From a virus (Duplodnaviria; Caudoviricetes), in the IMG/VR virus record IMGVR_UViG_3300032274_000023, positions 1 to 37,622 of that record: a DNA stretch of 37,622 nucleotides; one strand, given 5' to 3'. The translations under genes and the position numbers were made by a program. Positions 34,904 through 37,622 of the stretch are shown here, piece after piece. The notes beneath the pieces are model-generated. The model ran no database searches. It had not been told where the DNA came from and worked only from the letters and a program-made list of their open reading frames with translations. Numbering within the stretch: the first letter of the stretch is position 1; every line of letters begins with the position of its first letter.

Positions 34904-35137
34904 TTATTTAATTAGTCCACAATGGCCGCCATTTGGATAAGCTCCCATTTCCTTAGTTTCTGGGTCTTGTCGTATCTCGTGGGTCTCTTTCCACATCATA
35001 CAATCAGAGGCTATGCAATTGCTCGCTGGCGGAATCCCTCCATCTATATATTTATTGATTGATACAGTGTTTTTATGCGAGTCTGACGTAAATCTTACTT
35101 GTGGACACCATTTAGTTTTTGCTTCATCTTCTGTCAT
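34904..35137 (-). CDS. Conserved Cys-rich phage protein
   Basis: MTEDEAKTKWCP...CIASDCMMW...GHCGL. Confidence 0.8.
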   Translation of the reverse strand: MTEDEAKTKWCPQVRFTSDSHKNTVSINKYIDGGIPPASNCIASDCMMWKETHEIRQDPETKEMGAYPNGGHCGLIK

Positions 35138-35168
35138 AAATTACCCCTTATTGATTAACTTCAAAGTA

Positions 35169-35197
35169 ACTATAGTACAAAAAATACTATAAAGCAA
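35169..35197 (-). promoter_or_regulatory. Leftward early promoter with 17-bp operator (35173-35189)
   Basis: TTGCTT-17-TATAGT; TAGTAC-N5-ATACTA. Confidence 0.7.
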
Positions 35198-35229
35198 AGT
35201 ATTAAATGTAAATAATTCAAATAAATAAT

Positions 35230-35269
35230 TTGACACTTGATAGAATGTAGACTAGTATTGGTTTTACTA
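35230..35269 (+). promoter_or_regulatory. Rightward early promoter with 17-bp operator (35253-35269)
   Basis: TTGACA-17-TAGTAT; TAGTAT-N5-TTACTA. Confidence 0.75.
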
Positions 35270-35284
35270 CCACGAGGAAATAAT

Positions 35285-35545
35285 ATGACACATAAACAAA
35301 GATTAAAGGCAGCTCTATGCGCTTGGAGAGACGAGCAAGTACGGCTAGGCATCTACAAGAATAAAATGACCTTATACAGTAAAGTACAAAAGCAACTATT
35401 TGGGTCGAACTCAGACGAGATAATGAAACGCTACATGTACGGCACTAGCTATCCGATATTAGAAAAGCATGTTATGCCGCTTCATAGATTATCAGGAATA
35501 CCCAAGCATATTCTTAACCCGCAAGCGTTTAAGAAGGGGGAGTAA
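35285..35545 (+). CDS. Cro/YdaS-like repressor
   Basis: First gene after the divergent promoters; GAGGA SD. C-terminal LHRLSGIPKHILNPQAF resembles YdaS/Cro-type tails. Confidence 0.6.
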   Translation: MTHKQRLKAALCAWRDEQVRLGIYKNKMTLYSKVQKQLFGSNSDEIMKRYMYGTSYPILEKHVMPLHRLSGIPKHILNPQAFKKGE

Positions 35546-35549
35546 AGAA

Positions 35550-35884
35550 ATGAGTGATAAATTACACGCAATTAAAATTAATTTTCCTTGTCTTGTGAAT
35601 TTACCAGAAGGATTTGAGCAAGTGCTAGACTCTTTGCTTGGAATGGTTTGCCAGCAATATGAAAAAGAAAACCCAGAGCAAGTATGTGGGTATCTGGCTG
35701 CGGTGGCGAGCCACAAGGAAATGTCTTTATAAGTGATGATGTTGATTATGATATGGATGTGCTTTGTATTGACATATCCGAGCGCGAAGACACTAATGGT
35801 AGAAATAAGCACAACCCTAACGGCGAATGGCTAAGAACAAAATACAGAGAAGAAAAGAAGGCACGAAAGCAACGCCGTAAGTGA
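35550..35884 (+). pseudogene. Possibly frameshifted hypothetical gene (35550-35732 plus 35684-35884)
   Basis: Two overlapping ORFs; the second lacks a clear SD; adding one base near 35683 would fuse them. Confidence 0.4.
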
Positions 35885-35912
35885 TGACAATAATAATCAC
35901 TTAACGATTTAT

Positions 35913-36045
35913 GGGCTTGCTGGAGCTATGGAGCATGGGTTAGAAATAGGTAGATTAGCGTTTACTGAAATATAACAGCTATCGGGTCGCTACCGTGATG
36001 CAAAATCTTGTTTCTTAGTGGGTTCGATTCCCATGAAGTCCACCA
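35913..36045 (+). ncRNA. tRNA-like element (T-arm, acceptor stem, ACCA)
   Basis: GTGGG-TTCGATT-CCCAT then GAAGTCC-A-CCA. 5' GGGCTT pairs with AAGTCC. At 133 nt it is non-canonical. Confidence 0.45.
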
Positions 36046-36103
36046 AATTCGCTAAGCCTACGAGCGAATAATTAACAAAGTAGGCAATAATAAGGGGAAT
36101 AAC

Positions 36104-36307
36104 ATGTCACAGAAAACAGAGATATTAAAAGCATTAAAGAAGGGTAGAAAATTAACCTCACTTGATGCCTTAGCTGATTTTGGTTGTTTCCGTTTGGGAG
36201 CGCGTATATTAGAAATACATTATATGGGCTATAACATTCTAAAGAGAACAGTCCGCTCAAGTAACGGCAAGAACTTCACGCAATACAGACTGGAGGTGAA
36301 GAAGTGA
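36104..36307 (+). CDS. Winged helix-turn-helix protein
   Basis: Q...IL..L..G..LT.LDA...FGC.RL.ARI.E....GY.I. Confidence 0.85.
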   Translation: MSQKTEILKALKKGRKLTSLDALADFGCFRLGARILEIHYMGYNILKRTVRSSNGKNFTQYRLEVKK

Positions 36308-36522
36308 GTAATTCAAGCCCTAATGTTTTTGATAGAAAGTTAAGAAATGATGCTTTATTGAGAATGGCCTACGATCAAGGTGAGCGACAAGGATTAACAG
36401 AATTGCAAATGCTTAAAGTTTTTGTTGTTGGTCTTCTGGACTTGAAAGATGAGACTTTTCAGGAAAAGGTGGATGAGTTAATGCGCTCTACAAAACCAAT
36501 TATAGGCACGTACCATGACTAA
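36304..36522 (+). CDS. Hypothetical protein
   Basis: GGAGGTG SD, GTGA overlap. Confidence 0.7.
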   Translation: MSNSSPNVFDRKLRNDALLRMAYDQGERQGLTELQMLKVFVVGLLDLKDETFQEKVDELMRSTKPIIGTYHD

Positions 36523-36721
36523 CTACGAAAAACTAAAGCAACTCTGCAAAGACCAAGACAGAGGCGTATACACCAGTTACTTTAATCATCGAACAAGTGT
36601 CACTGTAACAGAGCCAAACGATGCAGGAGCAGCCTGGGATTCTATAGGCGGAACTGATTCAGTCGAAGAATACGCCAGACTTATGATATGCGTTATGAGT
36701 CCAATGAAGGTGGTTAAATAA
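36515..36721 (+). CDS. Hypothetical protein
   Basis: 68-aa coupled ORF. Confidence 0.6.
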   Translation: MTNYEKLKQLCKDQDRGVYTSYFNHRTSVTVTEPNDAGAAWDSIGGTDSVEEYARLMICVMSPMKVVK

Positions 36722-36880
36722 TGATAATAAAAAAATGGCTTAAGGAAAGAATGAAAGTCCTTCATCTAGCGTGGTATTTAGAGGAGCGGGCGGCGGCTAG
36801 AAATAGATTGCTTCGCGGGCATCACTACTACTTAGAATGCGACACTCAAAGATTCATAGATAAAGCCGAGAAAGAATTAA

Positions 36881-37435
36881 ATGCTAAAAGCTAAGCCTAA
36901 ACTCAAATCTTGCCGAGTATGCAAAACTAAGTTTACTCCTTATAGCTCAACTGCCGTGGCTTGCTCATTAGATTGCGCTAAAACCGTGGCTAAAGAGGTA
37001 GAGGCCAAGAAAGCACGTAAACGGCTAAAGGTGGGTAGGGAGAAGTTAAAGACCCTTAGCGACCATCTAAACGAGGCTCAAACGGCTTGTAATTCTTACG
37101 TTAGATATAGGGATAGGAGTTTACCTTGTATCAGTTGCGGAACAAATAAACCAAATATCCAATATTGTGCAGGTCATTACAAGACAAGAGGCGCACATTC
37201 AGCTTTAAGGTTCCATCCATTTAACATAAATAAGCAGTGCAATAAAAATTGCAACTTGCAGTTATCAGGCAATATTAGCAACTACAGACCTAAACTTATT
37301 GAAAAGATAGGAATCTCGCAAGTTGAATGGCTAGAAGGGCCACACGAAGCACAGAATTATACAATTTCAGATGCTAAAGAAATTCGGGCTTATTACAAAG
37401 AGCAGCTAAAAACACTAAAGGAAGGGGAATTATGA
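36881..37435 (+). CDS. ninG: NinG/Rap recombination endonuclease
   Basis: C..C...F......CS..CA, AQ...N.YVR.RD...PCISCG, AGHY..RG....LRF...NI.KQC...CN...SGN...YR..LI.KIG...VEWLEG.H. Confidence 0.95.
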   Translation: MLKAKPKLKSCRVCKTKFTPYSSTAVACSLDCAKTVAKEVEAKKARKRLKVGREKLKTLSDHLNEAQTACNSYVRYRDRSLPCISCGTNKPNIQYCAGHYKTRGAHSALRFHPFNINKQCNKNCNLQLSGNISNYRPKLIEKIGISQVEWLEGPHEAQNYTISDAKEIRAYYKEQLKTLKEGEL

Positions 37436-37622
37436 AATTTGAACATAAAGAAGTAATTAACGGGAAATCAGTGATAACAACGTCAAAAAGATTTTTATTC
37501 TGGCATAAAATCACGCAATACGAGGCGCATAGAAAAATAACAGGCAGATACTTTCAATGGGTCAAACTCCCGAATAGAGAGATAGTTCCTGATGTGCTCT
37601 CGTTTCAGCTTGATACATGGAA
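37432..37622 (+). CDS. Hypothetical 67-aa protein that continues across the circular junction to TAA at 138-140
   Basis: ATGA overlap with ninG; MKFEHKEVING...FQLDTWNEIE is open across the repeat. Confidence 0.75.
   Translation, partial: MKFEHKEVINGKSVITTSKRFLFWHKITQYEAHRKITGRYFQWVKLPNREIVPDVLSFQLDTW
37496..37622. repeat. Terminal direct repeat, copy 2
   Basis: Identical to 1-127. Confidence 0.95.

Noticed and set aside
37496-37622. Biological terminal repeat (T7-like)
   Set aside because: The length equals a standard assembler k-mer and it falls mid-ORF; P22-like phages usually package by headful.
1-37622. Alternative genetic code / stop-codon recoding
   Set aside because: Core genes are full length under the standard code, and TAA, TAG and TGA all serve as stops.

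Overview
The window appears to be a complete, circularly assembled genome (37,495 bp unique; bases 1-127 repeat at 37496-37622) of a P22-like podovirus, probably of a Gram-negative, likely gammaproteobacterial host. The + strand late operon runs: two large beta-helix proteins and a small Dec-like protein, TerS, TerL, portal, HNH, scaffold, coat, gp4-like, gp10-like, mini tail needle, cupin+SET fusion, three ejection proteins, tailspike, and an unusual lysis cassette. A - strand early block holds many small ORFs, ParB-like, ERF recombinase, a C5 DNA methyltransferase with a nested second ORF, lambda P-like and YdaU/O-like replication genes, an RHH protein and an HTH-HNH protein. A divergent promoter region then drives a Cro-like gene and a nin-like region (HTH, NinG, Lar). 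I could not recognise an integrase, CI repressor or Q antiterminator. Most notable: (1) a SET-domain protein fused to a cupin-like domain inside the virion module; (2) a collagen/YadA-anchor mini-autotransporter and a Lys-rich peptide in the lysis cassette; (3) an M.EcoHK31I-style two-frame methyltransferase; (4) two candidate antisense-RNA switches, one with an IncI repZ-like pseudoknot layout; (5) a 23-codon lipoprotein ORF; (6) a tRNA-like element with alanine identity features. All family calls come from motif recognition by eye, not database searches.
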